Made by a program: the position numbers and the translations under genes. DNA of 64,000 nt, from contig OX597814.1 of assembly GCA_951406725.2 (NCBI GenBank), positions 15,314,001-15,378,000 on the forward strand, in the 5' to 3' direction. The notes under the pieces were generated by a model. The model saw only the letters and a list, made by a program, of their open reading frames with translations, was not told the origin of the DNA and ran no database searches. Source of the DNA: Octopus vulgaris (Eukaryota). Numbering within the stretch: position 1 is the first letter of the stretch; every line of letters starts with the position of its first letter. Positions 13,392 to 27,490 of this stretch are shown one piece after another.

Positions 13392-14679
13392 ATCGATAAT
13401 TATCGATAATTTTACTCTTTCCCTGCCAATTTCGAAACTTCGAAGCAAATACTGAAGATATAAATGTTAGAATCAGCAACGTGGAAGAGATTTATTGAAC
13501 CATACGCATACAATATCTCCAGCATACACTTACTCATTCATAACATACACGTCACAAAGAATTAATCTATAAACCTATTCCAATGAATTATTGCTAACAC
13601 ACAGTAAAGTAATGGAACAAATAAACTGTTGTAAAAAGAGACTGCGTACGCTTATCATTAAACTTCATAAAAATTAGTGTTAAAGTGAAAACACAAGCAC
13701 GAAGAGGTACCAAAAAAAAATAAGGTAGTTTTAAATGCTTCAGAAAATGTTCGTGGTAGGGATTAAAAAAAATTTGCATGAATATTATAGGATACATACA
13801 AGTACTTAATGACACATCTTGTCAGCCATTAAATTTTCAGAGATATCTTGTTATGTTTGTTTTTAGTTATCCTAATGTGCTCAATTATTATTTTAAGTCT
13901 TATATTTCGAAATATTGTAGAAACTAAAAAGTTCGTTTCAGTTCTCTTTTGGAAATATCTCCTAGGAAACGCAATCGAATCAAATGCTATGAAATCAAAG
14001 TTTGTTCGTTAAAGTATTTGATTCAATGCGAATAAACCGGCGAATGGTCGATATTTATTATAAGAACGTCAGATGAAAATATCAGTAATACATTAGAAGA
14101 TCAATATCGATAATCTAACAACTAGACATCTTGAAGATGTCCTGAAAGATAATAAAACAGTTTTTATATTCAACTTCACACTGCTAATACTTTACGCTCA
14201 ATTATACGATTCCAGTGCTAAAACAGAAATGCTCTATTTAGGTGATTTGAAAGTTAACGTTTGATGTGTCCATCTATCTTAATTATAATGAACGGTTATA
14301 TGTCAATTGATATTATATAATTACGTAAATGAGAAGTCAATGAACTGCGTTGCTGTTGTTTGTATTTTTTTTTTTTTGCTTTAAACATTGATTATTTCTA
14401 ATTTGTGCCTGAGACAAGGGGCTGTTAGCAGCAATAAAATTTATCCTGATGCTTTGTACAATCAAATGTCAGGTTTAATAAGCTGTTTCACTAAGTTAGC
14501 TTGCATTCAGTAAGAAAAATGCACCAGAAAAATACTAATTTTTCATATAATCATAACACCATTTTGCAGACATCAGATATCGTAATTCCAAACGATGGCT
14601 GGCTTTTAAAAAATGGTTTTGATATTGGTAATTGAAAACATATAACGCCGGCTTGTCATACAACAGCAGGATTAATTAA

Positions 14680-14815
14680 TTTCAACTCCGCCGAGGTCGA
14701 CTTTGCCGTTCATTCTTTTGGGGTCGATAAAATAAGTACCAGTTAAACACTGAGGGCGATATAATCGACTCATCCCCTGCCTCAAATTGCTGCCCTTGTA
14801 GCAAAATTTGAAACC
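14680..14815 (+). mobile_element. SINE family A (A2 tail), 5'-truncated, followed by (ATT)n
   Basis: CCGCCGAGGTCGACTTTGCC core; tail AAATTGCTGCCCTTGTAGCAAAATTTGAAACC. Confidence 0.85.
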
Positions 14816-14819
14816 ATTA

Positions 14820-14880
<61 letters not shown>

Positions 14881-14882
14881 CA

Positions 14883-14955
<73 letters not shown>
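14816..14955. repeat. (ATT)n microsatellite, probably an expanded SINE tail
   Basis: Tandem ATT directly after the SINE 3' end. Confidence 0.95.
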
Positions 14956-14956
<1 letters not shown>

Positions 14957-14969
14957 ATTAATATTCTTG

Positions 14970-15182
14970 CGGCGGCGAGCTGGAAGAATCGTTAGCACGC
15001 TGGACAAAATGATTGGCAGCATTTCGTCAGTCTTTACGTTCTGAGTCCAAATGTCACTGGGATCGGCTTTGTCTTTCATCCTTTCGGGATCAATAGAATA
15101 AGTACCATTTGAGCACCGGGGTCGATATAATCGATTTACGCTCTCCATCAAAAATACTAACAGCGTGCCAAAATTTGAAACA
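14970..15182 (+). mobile_element. SINE family A (A2 tail), full length
   Basis: GGCGGCGAGCTGGAAGAATCGTTAGCACG head; GTGCCAAAATTTGAAAC tail. Confidence 0.85.
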
Positions 15183-15357
15183 GTTATCATTACTATTATT
15201 GTCGTTGTTAACTGCTCACAACTATTTAACTGTTAACTGCTATTATTGTCGTTGTTGCTGCTAACATAATGCCGACATACAAATGCATATACGCTTAACA
15301 CATATAGGGCTCTATGCACACACACACACACACACACACGCACACACACACATACGC

Positions 15358-16241
15358 ATATAGTCTGACAATAAGTATCCAGAATGTTGCCATAGTAACG
15401 AAGCTAAATCACGCAGAATAAAGGCGCTTGACACAGATTGAACTTGAATTTTGCTGCGCATATGCATAAAGATTTAAAGTTCTAGCTTAAATTCGCTTTT
15501 TGCAACAGTGCTTGGGAGGGAGGTGTGTAGCGTGTGATCATCGCTTTGGCAATGACAGAGAAAGTTGATCAGAAAACCTTCATCTAATTTTGGCAAAAGC
15601 TTGGCGACCCCCTCTCAGAGGTCTACGCAAAGTTTTCAAAAAGTTTTCATCGTTCTCGACACAATCAAGGAGATTCTGTGCAACTGAAACTCCGGTGTTT
15701 TTTTTTTCTTTTGGCCAGCTGAAGGCAAGTTTGGAACAAACTTGGCTGACACGCGTCTCATACACAAATCTTTATTAATAATGGACGGAACTGAACCATC
15801 ACTCATCTACACATGTTCTGATGATGCACAGATGATGATTCGACGATTTCCCTTCACAGCTGCACACATATCTGCGATGTTCTTCTCATCTCTGCTGGTT
15901 GTGTGTCTCACAGAATGCTCGTCAATATCGACATTTTTCAACCATCTTGGAAATGTCTGAATCTCTTGTACACTTGTGTGCGGCTCATACACACCTCTCC
16001 TTACAGTTTCTGCAATTTGTGTAGGCCTTGGAGAAGGTATCACCGTGATAACTTTGTCTCTTAAGGTCAATGCGACGATCACATGCCAAACAATGCTGTA
16101 AACAGCAGAAGTGAACTTGGACGTTAGAACTTTGTGTGCATGCACAGTAGGGCGGTAGATCAATATTTGCCAAGCAGCTTTACTCTGAGTGTTTTAGCTT
16201 CGTTACTATAGCAAGTCCGGATACTTATTGATCAGACCTAG
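15358..16241. mobile_element. Mariner-derived non-autonomous element built from two inverted 5' ends
   Basis: Inverted termini GTCTGA(T)CAATAAGTATCC...ATAGTAACGAAGCTAAA. Plus arm encodes MTEKVDQKTFI*FWQKLGD; minus arm encodes N-terminal mariner motifs (VDIDEHSVRHTTSRDEKNIADM..VKGNRRII; VSVAQNLLDCVENDENFLKTL). Confidence 0.85.
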
Positions 16242-16419
<178 letters not shown>

Positions 16420-16479
16420 GCAAGTGTACAAATATATATGTATCTAACTATAGCTAGGGGCCTCCTGCCTTTAATTATT

Positions 16480-17050
16480 TCAATCTCTACAACACCAATC
16501 ATGTCAAGGTGAGCCACTCCTGCTTAGACAACATTGCACCTAACATCGCACGCATCAACAGACGTAAAAATTCTCCGAAACCCAAACTGAAACTACCGAA
16601 ACCCTACCATGTGCTCTCTAGAGTGATCCCGTATCTCAAGTGCCATAGTATACAGTGCTACCTTTACACGATCCGATGGTATTACAAGGCACTATATGAG
16701 TATGACAGCTAATGGCTTCAAGGTAAGATACTTCCAGCATGTGCACTCGTTCAGGTCCTGTGATACTGAGAACTCTACTTCCCTATCTCGTTCTCTCTGG
16801 AGACTCCGTGACCTACTAGACGAAACACCCAGCATCAAGTGGACTATTGCCGACAGAGTGCCACCATATATACGCGGCTCCCCGAATTACCAGTTCTGCT
16901 CTGCGAAAAACTGCATATCCTCCAACATGCCACAGTATCCATCAACATGAAATACTATTTATCTTATTGCAGTCATCAGAGATATGCCCTTCTGGCAACT
17001 TTGAAGCCTGTGAACGCCGAGAACCAGGATATACCACCGTAAAACTAGCT
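16480..17050 (+). pseudogene. Penelope-like element remnant: GIY-YIG endonuclease C-terminal region
   Basis: [17 protein letters not shown] (cf. FNRNTVKVSYSCM.N), MTANGFKVRYFQHVHSFR..ENSTSLSRSLWRL..PSIKWTI and LCEKLHIL..IN..CSHQRYALL match the conserved PLE endonuclease tail; frameshifted. Confidence 0.8.
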
Positions 17051-17773
17051 GCTACCCTGCACTGCCTGCACCAAGGTCACCGTCACAAACCAACCTCATG
17101 AGTAGGACTACCAATTACCAATTCACAACGCTTACCAATATCCAACGCTTGTTATGCACACGTATACTCATGCATGCATGTGCACGCGAGTACACATGTG
17201 CATGCACACACTAATATGCATGTATATGTACATATCAATTAATACGCATATGGGGGCGTCTATGCGTGCTTATGTATGCAGGTATGTGTGTGTGCGCATG
17301 CTCATTCATGTTTGCGTGTGTGGCTGTGTGTGTGGACATGTGCCTGTGCGCCCATGTAGAGATACGCACGCTCGTATAAATATACACATGCACGCAAGAC
17401 AATATAAGCGCATAAGCGTCCACATACAAACATATATATCAATATACTTGCACATAAAGCCCCTTCATAATTTCCCCTCCAACAACGTGACCGATATCCT
17501 GTTCACGCAGTATTTTCAAAATAACTGTTGTCGCTGAAATTTATCAACATCAAACCACAAACCACGCGATCTTGCTCGACCAATCGTAGCCCATGTTACG
17601 GTAATAACAATCAACTTCTCTCATTCGAATCCAAAAGACATTAAAATTTACTCCACACTGGAAACTCCGAGTACCATAGAATTTGTATCAAACTGATTTC
17701 ATCCCTACATAGATACATGCATGTACATACATACATACATACATACATTCAAATATATATATATATATATATA

Positions 17774-18180
<407 letters not shown>

Positions 18181-18611
18181 CATACATGTATATATAAAAG
18201 AATTTATATAATATATCTTATATATTATATATAAAAAAATTCTTATATACACACGCTGACATAGAACCAACGTTGAAACCTTTATTCGCAATATTACCGA
18301 ATCTGGAACTTTACTATGGTCTGTCTATAGCACTTATTCAGCATTACCTGACACCATTATCTCTTATATACGCGCGCACACACGCACACACACACACATA
18401 CATGTACTTAAACATATTGATATATGAGCATTTGTATGCATATATAGTTTTTATATACACATATCCATATACTTACGCAACTTCACACCTTAAAATATTG
18501 TGAGAGTCAGCCCAACTGCTATCACATATACATAATTCCAACCGAATATGTGGCCTTCTTTCACTCATCCACTCACTTGTGTGTGTGTGTGTGTGTATAT
18601 ACATACATATA

Positions 18612-18720
<109 letters not shown>

Positions 18721-18747
18721 GTATATATATATATATGTATGTATATT

Positions 18748-18781
<34 letters not shown>

Positions 18782-19116
18782 TGTATGTGTATGTGTGTGT
18801 GTGTACGTGTGTGTGCGTCTGTTTGTACAAACGCTAGTACATATATGTTCTGCAAGAAACAAATGTGTCAAATTTTACAAGAATAAGGTTATATATAACA
18901 ACAATATTATGTATAAAACAAACTTGGTACATAAGCACCGGTCGAATGATATTCTTGCAGTTTATATAGACTATTAGACCTAACCGATTGAAAAAATACG
19001 CTCTTGAGCCATTCAGCCGTACATTATATTAAATATACGATCGATAATATTTATGAAGGGCAGATTCAGAGACAAGTGAAAAAATCCTACTCTTACTCAT
19101 TTACATATATAAATAA

Positions 19117-19207
<91 letters not shown>

Positions 19208-19218
19208 AATGTATATAT

Positions 19219-19312
<94 letters not shown>

Positions 19313-19829
19313 CAAAGATACACATAAAAAGAAAAAAACGACAGTGTACGAACAAGTAGTTTGAGAAAGAATGGAAGTCTTTGACGTTTTGAACCTACGC
19401 TATTCGACCGGAAAAGGATGAAAGGGAATGGAACGGAGAGAGAGAGAGGGGAGAGGGAGACGAGTGAGAGAGAGAGAGAGAGAAAGAAGCCAAAAAGAGA
19501 GAAAAATAGAGAGAGGAAGATATGTCCGGATTAATGGTTTAACATGATGAAATGACATATACATTAGTACCTCAGTTCTTATTGAGAATATTCTTTAGTG
19601 TCCCACATTTCCAGAGAATAATATTTTCTTATTTCTATTATTCTGTATTCATCCTTTTTTGTTTTCCTCTTTCCTGTTAGTTTTTCTCTACATTTATTTT
19701 ATCTGGATCCTTAAAAGCTTAAGAGTCAGTCACCTTCTCTGAAACTGGTTTGAAAATAGTGGCAACCCTTGCATTATCCAAGCTTAGTTGTCGTAATTTT
19801 GTAATTCTCTGTTTTGCACCTAATATACT

Positions 19830-20075
19830 TAGAATAATCTGTTGTGTCTGGGGAGAGTCACTTTCTTTTTGTGCCTTATAATTCAATATACTCACCGGTA
19901 AAATTTCCACTTATTTTTTATTTTTTATTTTCTTAAGCGGAAAATTTTACCGGTGAGAATGTTAATTTATAAGGCATAAAAAGAAAATGACTCTCCCCAG
20001 ACACGACAGAATATGCTTCAACACAAGAACTCATATAAAGAATCTTGCAAACCAAATCCGAAAACGAAATACTTA
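19830..20075. mobile_element. Fold-back repeat, same family as 12290-12560
   Basis: Inverted arms at about 19838-19915 and 19934-20012 (TCTGTTGTGTCTGGGAGAGTCA / TGACTCTCCCCAGACACGACAGA). Confidence 0.7.
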
Positions 20076-20080
20076 GAATA

Positions 20081-20488
20081 GAGTGGCTGAGTGGTAAGTA
20101 GCTTGCTTACCAACCACATGGTTCCGGGTTCAGTCCAACTGCGTTACACCTTGGGCGAGTGTCTTCTACTTTAGCCTCGGGCCGACCAAAGCCTTGTGAG
20201 TGGATTTGGTAAACGGAAACTGAAAGAAGCCCGTCGTATATATGCATATATATATATGTGTGTGTGTATGTGTGTTTGTGTGTCTGTGTTTGTCCCCCCA
20301 ACATCGCTTGACAACCGATGCTGGTGTGTTTACGTCCACGTAACCTAGCGGTTCGGCAAAAGAGCCCGTTACAATAAGTACTAGACTTACAAAGAATAAA
20401 TTCTGTAGTCGATTTGCTCGAATACATGCGGTGCTCCAGTATGGCCGCCCATCAAATGACTGAAACAAGTAAAAGAGTAAAAGAGTAA
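20081..20488 (+). mobile_element. SINE family B, full length, with internal TA/TG microsatellite
   Basis: A-box TGGCTGAGTGG, B-box GGTTCAGTCC, CORE-like CCTTGGGCGAGTGTCTT, (GTAAAAGA)n tail. Confidence 0.9.
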
Positions 20489-20673
20489 CTAAGCATGATT
20501 TGTTTAATCCACCTGTTTTCTATGATAGAATTTTGGAGCACTGAATGGTTACTAGAATTCCTAGTAGTAACAATATATGAACCAAAATTATGAACAATCC
20601 GAACCAAGTATGTAGTCCCGGATTCACCTTCCTTAATATAAATGCGATTGTCATGACTAGAAGGTATTTGATT

Positions 20674-21001
20674 CCGAATCAACGGAACAGCCTGCTCGTG
20701 AAATTAACGTGTAAGAGGCTGAGCACTCCACGGACACGTGTACCCTTAACGTAGTTCTCGGGGATATTCAGCATGACACAGAGAGTGACAAGGCCGGCCC
20801 TTTGAAATACAGGTACAACAGAAACAGGAAGTAAGAGTGAGAGAAAGTTGTGGTGAAAGAGTACAGCAGGGATCACCACCATCCCCTGCCGGAGCCTCGT
20901 GGAGCTTTAGGTGTTTTCGCTCAATAAACACTCACAACGCCCGGTATGGGAATCGAAACCGCGAGTCCGCTGCCCTAACCACTGGGCCATTGCGCCTCCA
21001 C
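20674..21001 (-). mobile_element. SINE family C with tail i
   Basis: Same head as 17774-18077; tail GTACCTGTATTTCAAAGGGCCGGCC...CACGTTAATTTCACGAGCAGG. Confidence 0.9.
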
Positions 21002-22214
21002 ATTTGATTATATTTCCACCTAGTGAGTGTAACTATGAAGCAACAACAGCAACGACAACGATGACGATGTCGACAGCAGGCACACAGACCTTCTTCTCAG
21101 GGCTACGTTACACAAAGCCAATGCTTACACAAACTCGAAATAGGGAACATTGTCAAAAATCAATCCACACAATTTCAAAACCCTACTTTCTCTTCCTACA
21201 ATATTCGGATATGGCTTTGTTGATCAGATCAGTAATTGATCTTCACAACAATATAAGGCCGGCAGAATCCTTTATTTTCTTCTGGAAGTCAGTTGTTTTT
21301 TTCCAGGTCACTAGTTATCCAATGTAGTATTATTGCAGTTAAGGCTTTGTATATTGTAGACACGCAAGTTATGAATTTATAGTTTTTCGGGGTTTGTTTC
21401 AAGTTCTTTTTTTTTTTCGTGAAGTCATAGTGATTAATATGGCTTCCTTCTATGTGAGCCATTCATGAGTTGTTTCTAGCTGTTTCAATAAATCAATGAA
21501 TATTTTTGCAAGTAATTTTTGTGTGCTTATTAATGTATATATATGTATGTGTTTGCGTGTGTATATGTGACAGTATGCGTGTGTATATTTGTGCGTGCAT
21601 ATATGCATGTAAGTGTACATGTATCTAAATATACGTGAGTATGCCTGTATACATTTGCACATGTATATATATATGCATATGTATAATATACATATATATA
21701 TAATATATATATAATACACACACATATATAATACATCTATCAATCTATGTACACACACACACACACACACACATATATATTCGTACACTTTTGAATGTTA
21801 AATATATTTTATATTTAAGAATCTTATTGTTGGGTTGTTATTGCTGGTGCTGTTACTATATAAAGACAATGCGGAGTAAGTTATAACTAAAAAGAATTCG
21901 ATCATTTCTTAAAGTCTCGAGCTTCTTGATTTTTTTTTTTCTTCTAAAAGCATTTCTTGTTTGATTCGTTTAAATTATCAGTTTAATAAAAGCCAATAAA
22001 ACAATTTTTCTTCTCAGACTTTTGTAGTGCTTCACTCTCCCTCATCTTTTCTTTCTTTCTTTCTTTCTTTCTTTTTGCCTTTCTTTGTTCCTTTTTCTTT
22101 CATTCTCTCTTTCTCTGTCTCTCTCTCTCTTTCTCTCTGTGTCTCTCTCTTTCCACTCATCTATTTAACTTTCTAATCATTCTAATTCCTTTTTAATATT
22201 TTTCTTCTGTAAGA

Positions 22215-22400
22215 CAGTAAGCTGGCAGAATCGTTAGCACGCTGGGCGAAATGCATAGCACTATTTCGTCCCGTCTTCAAGTTCTGAATTCAAATTACGC
22301 CGATGTCGACATTGCCTTTCATCCTTTCGGGGTCGGTAAAAATAAGAACCCGTTGAGTAGTGTTATCGATGTAACCGACTTACCCCTCCCCATAAATTGC
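22215..22400 (+). mobile_element. SINE family A (A2-type)
   Basis: AGCTGGCAGAATCGTTAGCACG...GCCTTTCATCCTTTCGGGGTCGG. Confidence 0.85.
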
Positions 22401-23559
22401 TTCTGTGTTCTTCATTCATTTAAGATCATCGAAGGAGGTAATACACCCAACAATAAGGATACGAGTGAAATTACGTTCTATATTGTATGATAAAACGTTT
22501 ATAAAGATAGAGATGCTCAGTAGGCGAGAGAAAGAGAGACGCAGGAAGAAAATGAAGTCGGTAGTAACAAAACCCGCATTGCTCCAAATAGCCATGCGGT
22601 CTCCTCTCAATCCCACTTTTCCACTCATTCAGTGTAAAATGTCTATGGTAAAACCATTTCATTTTTCGTTGCATCACTGCGATTATTGATGGTTATCAAA
22701 AGGGAAAGACATTACATTTAAAAATAAACAAATACTGAGTAATGAATTCTGACTGAATTAATCAATCAACGTTATTATCACACGCAATCTGAAGCAAAAA
22801 ATAAACTGAGAAGTTTAGCTTAGTTCAAGTTTGTGCGCGCCATAAATAGTCACAAACTACTAAACTTCTTGCCTTTTGTTCTACTTCAATAAAATGAAAT
22901 ATACTGTCTACAGGTTAGAAGCTCGTCGAATCATACCCCATCTTTGTGCCCGGGAGGAGAGAGACAAATACCCTGATTCACTGTAATTATTTTCCTCATT
23001 GAGGTTATACTTTATAGTACATCAGAAAAATGTACACATGTTAGTGAATTAGAGCCAAAGGAAAAAATGGATTTCCTATGATTTGCAGCAAAGGAATAGA
23101 AGAAGCTCAGCTTTTCAAAATTATTGCATTAATATCTATATTTCTCTTTTAGCTCTCTGTGGGCAATAAATAAATAAATAAATATCTATACTTCCCAATG
23201 TGTGCTAACGGCATGTTTCTGAGAAATTTTGAAATGGAAAGATGTAATATTTGTTTATTTATTTATTTATTTATTTGCCTCACTAAATTTCATCATGGAA
23301 GTAAGTTGAACGAACTTTCCTTAGCTGTTTGGAAGTATTCAATTGGCCCTGAGTATTATCCGTTATCTGCTTCTCTAATTACAAAATTATTGTTGGCGAG
23401 ATTTATGAAAGTCACAAAATTTTCTTTCATCTCGTCCAAAATACTGAAAGTTAGCAGGAAAAAAAATATTTGTTTACTTTTCTGTATTTTAATTTTTTCC
23501 TTTTTCTTTTTGTCTTCCCCATTTTCTCTGTCACATGACTCTGTAAATGAACAATCTGG

Positions 23560-24137
23560 TGTGCTTTTTTAATGGCCTACCAATGTATACCCTATATTTC
23601 TCTGCCCTTTGTGTTTGTTTTCAGATTTGAGATTACATAGAAAGTATTTTGCGTAGGATAAGGGCAGTTGCCATGAGCACTATCTTTTGAATTTCCGCCA
23701 TTTCGGGGTTTCCTGGAATCTGAGCCAGGTAGCAATCAGCCCCTTTTGCTATCATTCCTAGGGCACTTATAACAACAGGTATTGTTTTAGTCTTCAGGTT
23801 CCACATTTTGCTAATTTCTATTTCAAGATCTTTATACGTGCTCAGTTTTTGGTAGGTCTTGACAGATACGTTTATATGGATTGGGACAGTCATATCAATG
23901 AGGAGGCATGATTTTTGTCTGAAGTCTTTCAATATGATGTCTGGCCTATTTGCATCCATCTTTATGTCAGTTTGAATGGTGAAGTTCCAGAGGAGTGAGA
24001 ATTGATCATTTTCAAGCACTGGTTTGTGTTCCCACCAGTTTTTATCATGGGGCAAGTTCAGGTCTTTGCAAATTACCCAGTGAATATATTGTGCAGCTAT
24101 ATTATACCTGTTGAGATACTCTCTAGGCACAAAAAGA
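23560..24137 (-). mobile_element. R4/Dong-like LINE 3' end with restriction-like endonuclease domain (second subfamily)
   Basis: ORF 23633-24151 has EYLNRYN..YIHW, LLWNFTIQTD..ANRPDIIL.D..CLLIDMTVP..KLSTYKDL..IPVVISALG, the RPD/PD-(D/E)xK-type signature of RLE retrotransposons. Confidence 0.9.
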
Positions 24138-24325
24138 CTCCCCACCAGCACCTGATAACAGATGTTGGTGTGCTTACGTACCCTTAACTTCGCGGTTCAG
24201 CAAAAAAAAAAAACGATAGAATAAGTACTAGGTCTACAAAGAATAACTTCTGGGGTCGATTTGTTCGAATAGAAGCGGTTCTCTAGCATGGCCGCAATCG
24301 AGTGACTGAAACAAATAAAATAATA
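24138..24325 (+). mobile_element. SINE family B 3' half, inverted duplicate of the adjacent copy
   Basis: Reverse complement of 24330-24516, sharing non-consensus variants. Confidence 0.8.
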
Positions 24326-24329
24326 TATA

Positions 24330-24536
24330 TATATTCTTTTAATTGTTTCAGCAACTCGACTGCAGCCATGCTGGAGCACCGCCTCTAGTCGAACAAATCG
24401 ACCCCGGAGCTTATTCTTTGTAAACCTATTACTTATACTATCAGTTCTTTTTGCCGAACCGCGAAGTTACAGCTACGTAAACACACCAACATCTGTTATC
24501 AGGTGACGGTGGGGAGACGAACCCAGATACACAAAC

Positions 24537-24590
<54 letters not shown>

Positions 24591-24750
24591 GACGAGCTTC
24601 TTTCAGTTTCCGTCTACCAAATCCACCCATAGGTTTTGGTCTACCTGAGGCTATGGTAGAAGACATCTGCCCTAAGTGCCACGCAGTGGGACTGAACCCG
24701 AAACCATGTGTTTGGTAAGCAAGCTACTTACAACACACCCACTCCTACAT
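24330..24750 (-). mobile_element. SINE family B, full length
   Basis: Family B match with internal (TA)n. Confidence 0.88.
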
Positions 24751-24839
24751 ATTTATATACATATTTATATATATGTGTGTGTGTGTATGTGTGTGTATGT
24801 ATATATATATATACATACACACGTACACATACACGCACG

Positions 24840-24919
<80 letters not shown>

Positions 24920-25026
24920 CTTTAGGATGAGATAAAAAGTCAAGGCTGTGAAGAATTAAGAACGTTTATAAATAGAAAGTCTTACAGCTCTTTCCAGGAT
25001 ATTTATTGTATCAGCATCTCATAATA

Positions 25027-25757
25027 TCAGAGACATAGGAGTAATTGTTGATAACAATCTAAATTAGAGTGCCCACATCAACAATAAGGTCGATGTAAAT
25101 TTCGTAGGATGGGTTCCTGGATCCTATGGTGTCATCATACCACTTTTCCCCTCATTTATACGGCCATACCGCGAATACTAGTGCCCCCCGTGGTCTCCTC
25201 ATACAAAACAAAACATTTTGAAAACTGAATCACCTCAGAGGGCATTCACTAAACGAATTGAGACCGTGAGTGATCTCGATTACTGGGACCGCCTTAAACC
25301 ATTGAAACTCTACATTTTCCATCGTTGCCGCAAGCGATACATCATTGTCCAAATGACCTCAACATCAGCTTCACAATTCATCCAAGGCTTGGAGCACGGG
25401 CCATACGTCCCCTACCCAATTCAGGATCACAACACATAAATACACTGCAACACAATTTCTTTTCCTCAACAGGCCCTGTCCTATTTAGCATTGTCCCAAA
25501 ACAGATCAAAGAGAAAATGGATATTATCACCTTTAAACGAAATCTGAACAAATTTCTTGAAGAGTAGTATTGTTTCTACTAGATAAGCCACCCATACCTG
25601 GATACAACTCACTCAACAAGAATTCCCTACTTGAATGGACCATGGTACCACAAAACTTCACTTAAAATTTTTTAGATAATCCTATCAGGTTGTGCTATTA
25701 AGTTAGACATAGCCTGGACCAATCTTTGGTCGAAACATACCTAACTTTCTAAGTTTT
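25027..25757 (+). mobile_element. CR1-group LINE 3' remnant (post-RT region plus 3' UTR)
   Basis: IRDIGVIVDNNL, PWSP, PQRAFTKRI..LDYWDRLKPLKLY..RCRKRYII (cf. RDLGV..D..L / QR..TK / Y..RL..L.LYSL..RRERY). Confidence 0.8.
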
Positions 25758-25759
25758 AT

Positions 25760-25798
<39 letters not shown>

Positions 25799-25829
25799 GT
25801 TCTCCGTAGGTGATAACGGCGAATAATTC

Positions 25830-26097
25830 AGGTGATGCTACCAATGGACTAGCCAGCTTGTGATATTAAAGAAGAAGTGGCTAACCACCTCACTCTTAAC
25901 GCAATTCAGAGGAAAAGCCAACGTGACTCAGAATGTGAACAGGTTTCCCCTCTGAATTACTGCTACTACTAATGCTTTGGTCATCTGTTTGGACTGGATC
26001 AACATGAAACAAAGTGTCTCGCATAACGACACATGCGCTGGTGAGAATAGAACACTCGACATTACGATTGTGAGTCTAACATCCTAACCACTAGACA
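25830..26097 (-). mobile_element. Old SINE, family D head with tail-i-like body
   Basis: Minus strand GTCTAGTGGTTAGGATGTTAGACTC head and GAGACACTTTGTTTCATGTTG core; degenerate tail. Confidence 0.6.
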
Positions 26098-26119
26098 AAA
26101 CCCCTTATCTCTCTCTGTC

Positions 26120-26179
<60 letters not shown>

Positions 26180-27064
26180 CATACATACATACATACATAC
26201 ATACATACATACATACATACATTATATATATATATACAGCAAAACTTACTTTCTAGATCTGTAATGTGAACTGCAAGCACTGTGCATTGATACAATTATG
26301 GTTTCGCCGCAAGCATAGTCCATCAAGTGTGTTAAATAACTAAGGTATAAAACTCCGCGTAAGATTGTTGTAAACAATACCACGACTCTCACACACGCAC
26401 AGGCACACACACAATCACATACTCACGCAGATACACACACACTGTCACACAGACAGTCAGTCCCCCCTCTCAAACACACACACACATACACATACACAGA
26501 AACGTATGTATAATGAATTCTCTCGATAAGAACAACTTACGGGCGTCCAGTTGTTCGATCAGCAGCATGCTTTCATCATTGCATTAGCACAGAAATTAGA
26601 TTAATCTTTAACAGACATGTATTGTCTCGACGAAGTTAACAATGTCACGGCTTTGTTCGACACGAGCAAAATGGTACATAAATACATACAAACGTACATA
26701 CATACACAATCATATATGTGAGTATGTGCGTAAATGCGCGCGTGTATAAGCATATCTCTGTTAGAATTTATGCTTATGAGATATTTGTTAATTAACTGTA
26801 GTAATAACCGCATTTAATTAGCTGAGTATTTTCAGACACAGGTACCCTAATATAATTTTTTGTCAGCTGTTTCAGTCTCAATGCGAGTCAACTAAAGCCA
26901 CGGGTTGACCGAAATCTTACAAGTGAATATGGTAGACGAAAACTGAAAGCAGCTTGTCGCATCTATAAATATATCTGTGTGTGTGCGTGTGTGTGTCCAT
27001 CCTTGTGTCTGTTTTTGTCAACCATCCCCTCTTGAAAACCGTTGTCCGTGTGTTACTGTTTCTC

Positions 27065-27490
27065 TTATTCTCTTTTTTTCTCTTTTCTCTTTTACTTGTT
27101 CCAGTCATTTGACTGCGGCCATGCTGGAGCACCGCCTTTAGTCGAGCAAATCGACCCCGGGACTTATTCTTTGGAAGCCCAGTACTTATTCTATCGTTCT
27201 CTTTTGCCGAACCGCTAGGTGACGGGGACGTAAACACACCAGCATCGGTTGTCAAGCAATGCTAGGGAGACAAACACAGACACACAAACACATACACACA
27301 CATACATATATATATATACATATATACGACAGGCTTCTTTCAGTTTCCGTCTACCAAATCCACTCACAAGGCATTGGTCGGCCCGGGGCTATAGCAGAAG
27401 ACACTTGCCCAAGATGCCACGCAGTGGACTGAACCCGGAACCATGTGGTTGGTTAGCAAGCTACTTACCACACAGCCACTCCTGCGCCTA
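27065..27490 (-). mobile_element. SINE family B, full length, young
   Basis: Near-identical to 37838-38230 and 39107-39508. Confidence 0.92.

Noticed and set aside
13225-15190. Poly-Met/His and poly-Asn/Leu ORFs
   Set aside because: They are (ATG)n and (ATT)n repeats read through SINE sequence.
24979-25034. Apparent minus-strand HHR GTCT-CTGATAT...GAAA-GAGCTG-TA-AGAC
   Set aside because: The core is mutated and its 5' half overlaps the IRDIG codons of the CR1-group LINE, so the pairing may be coincidental; only the 3' half looks PLE-like.
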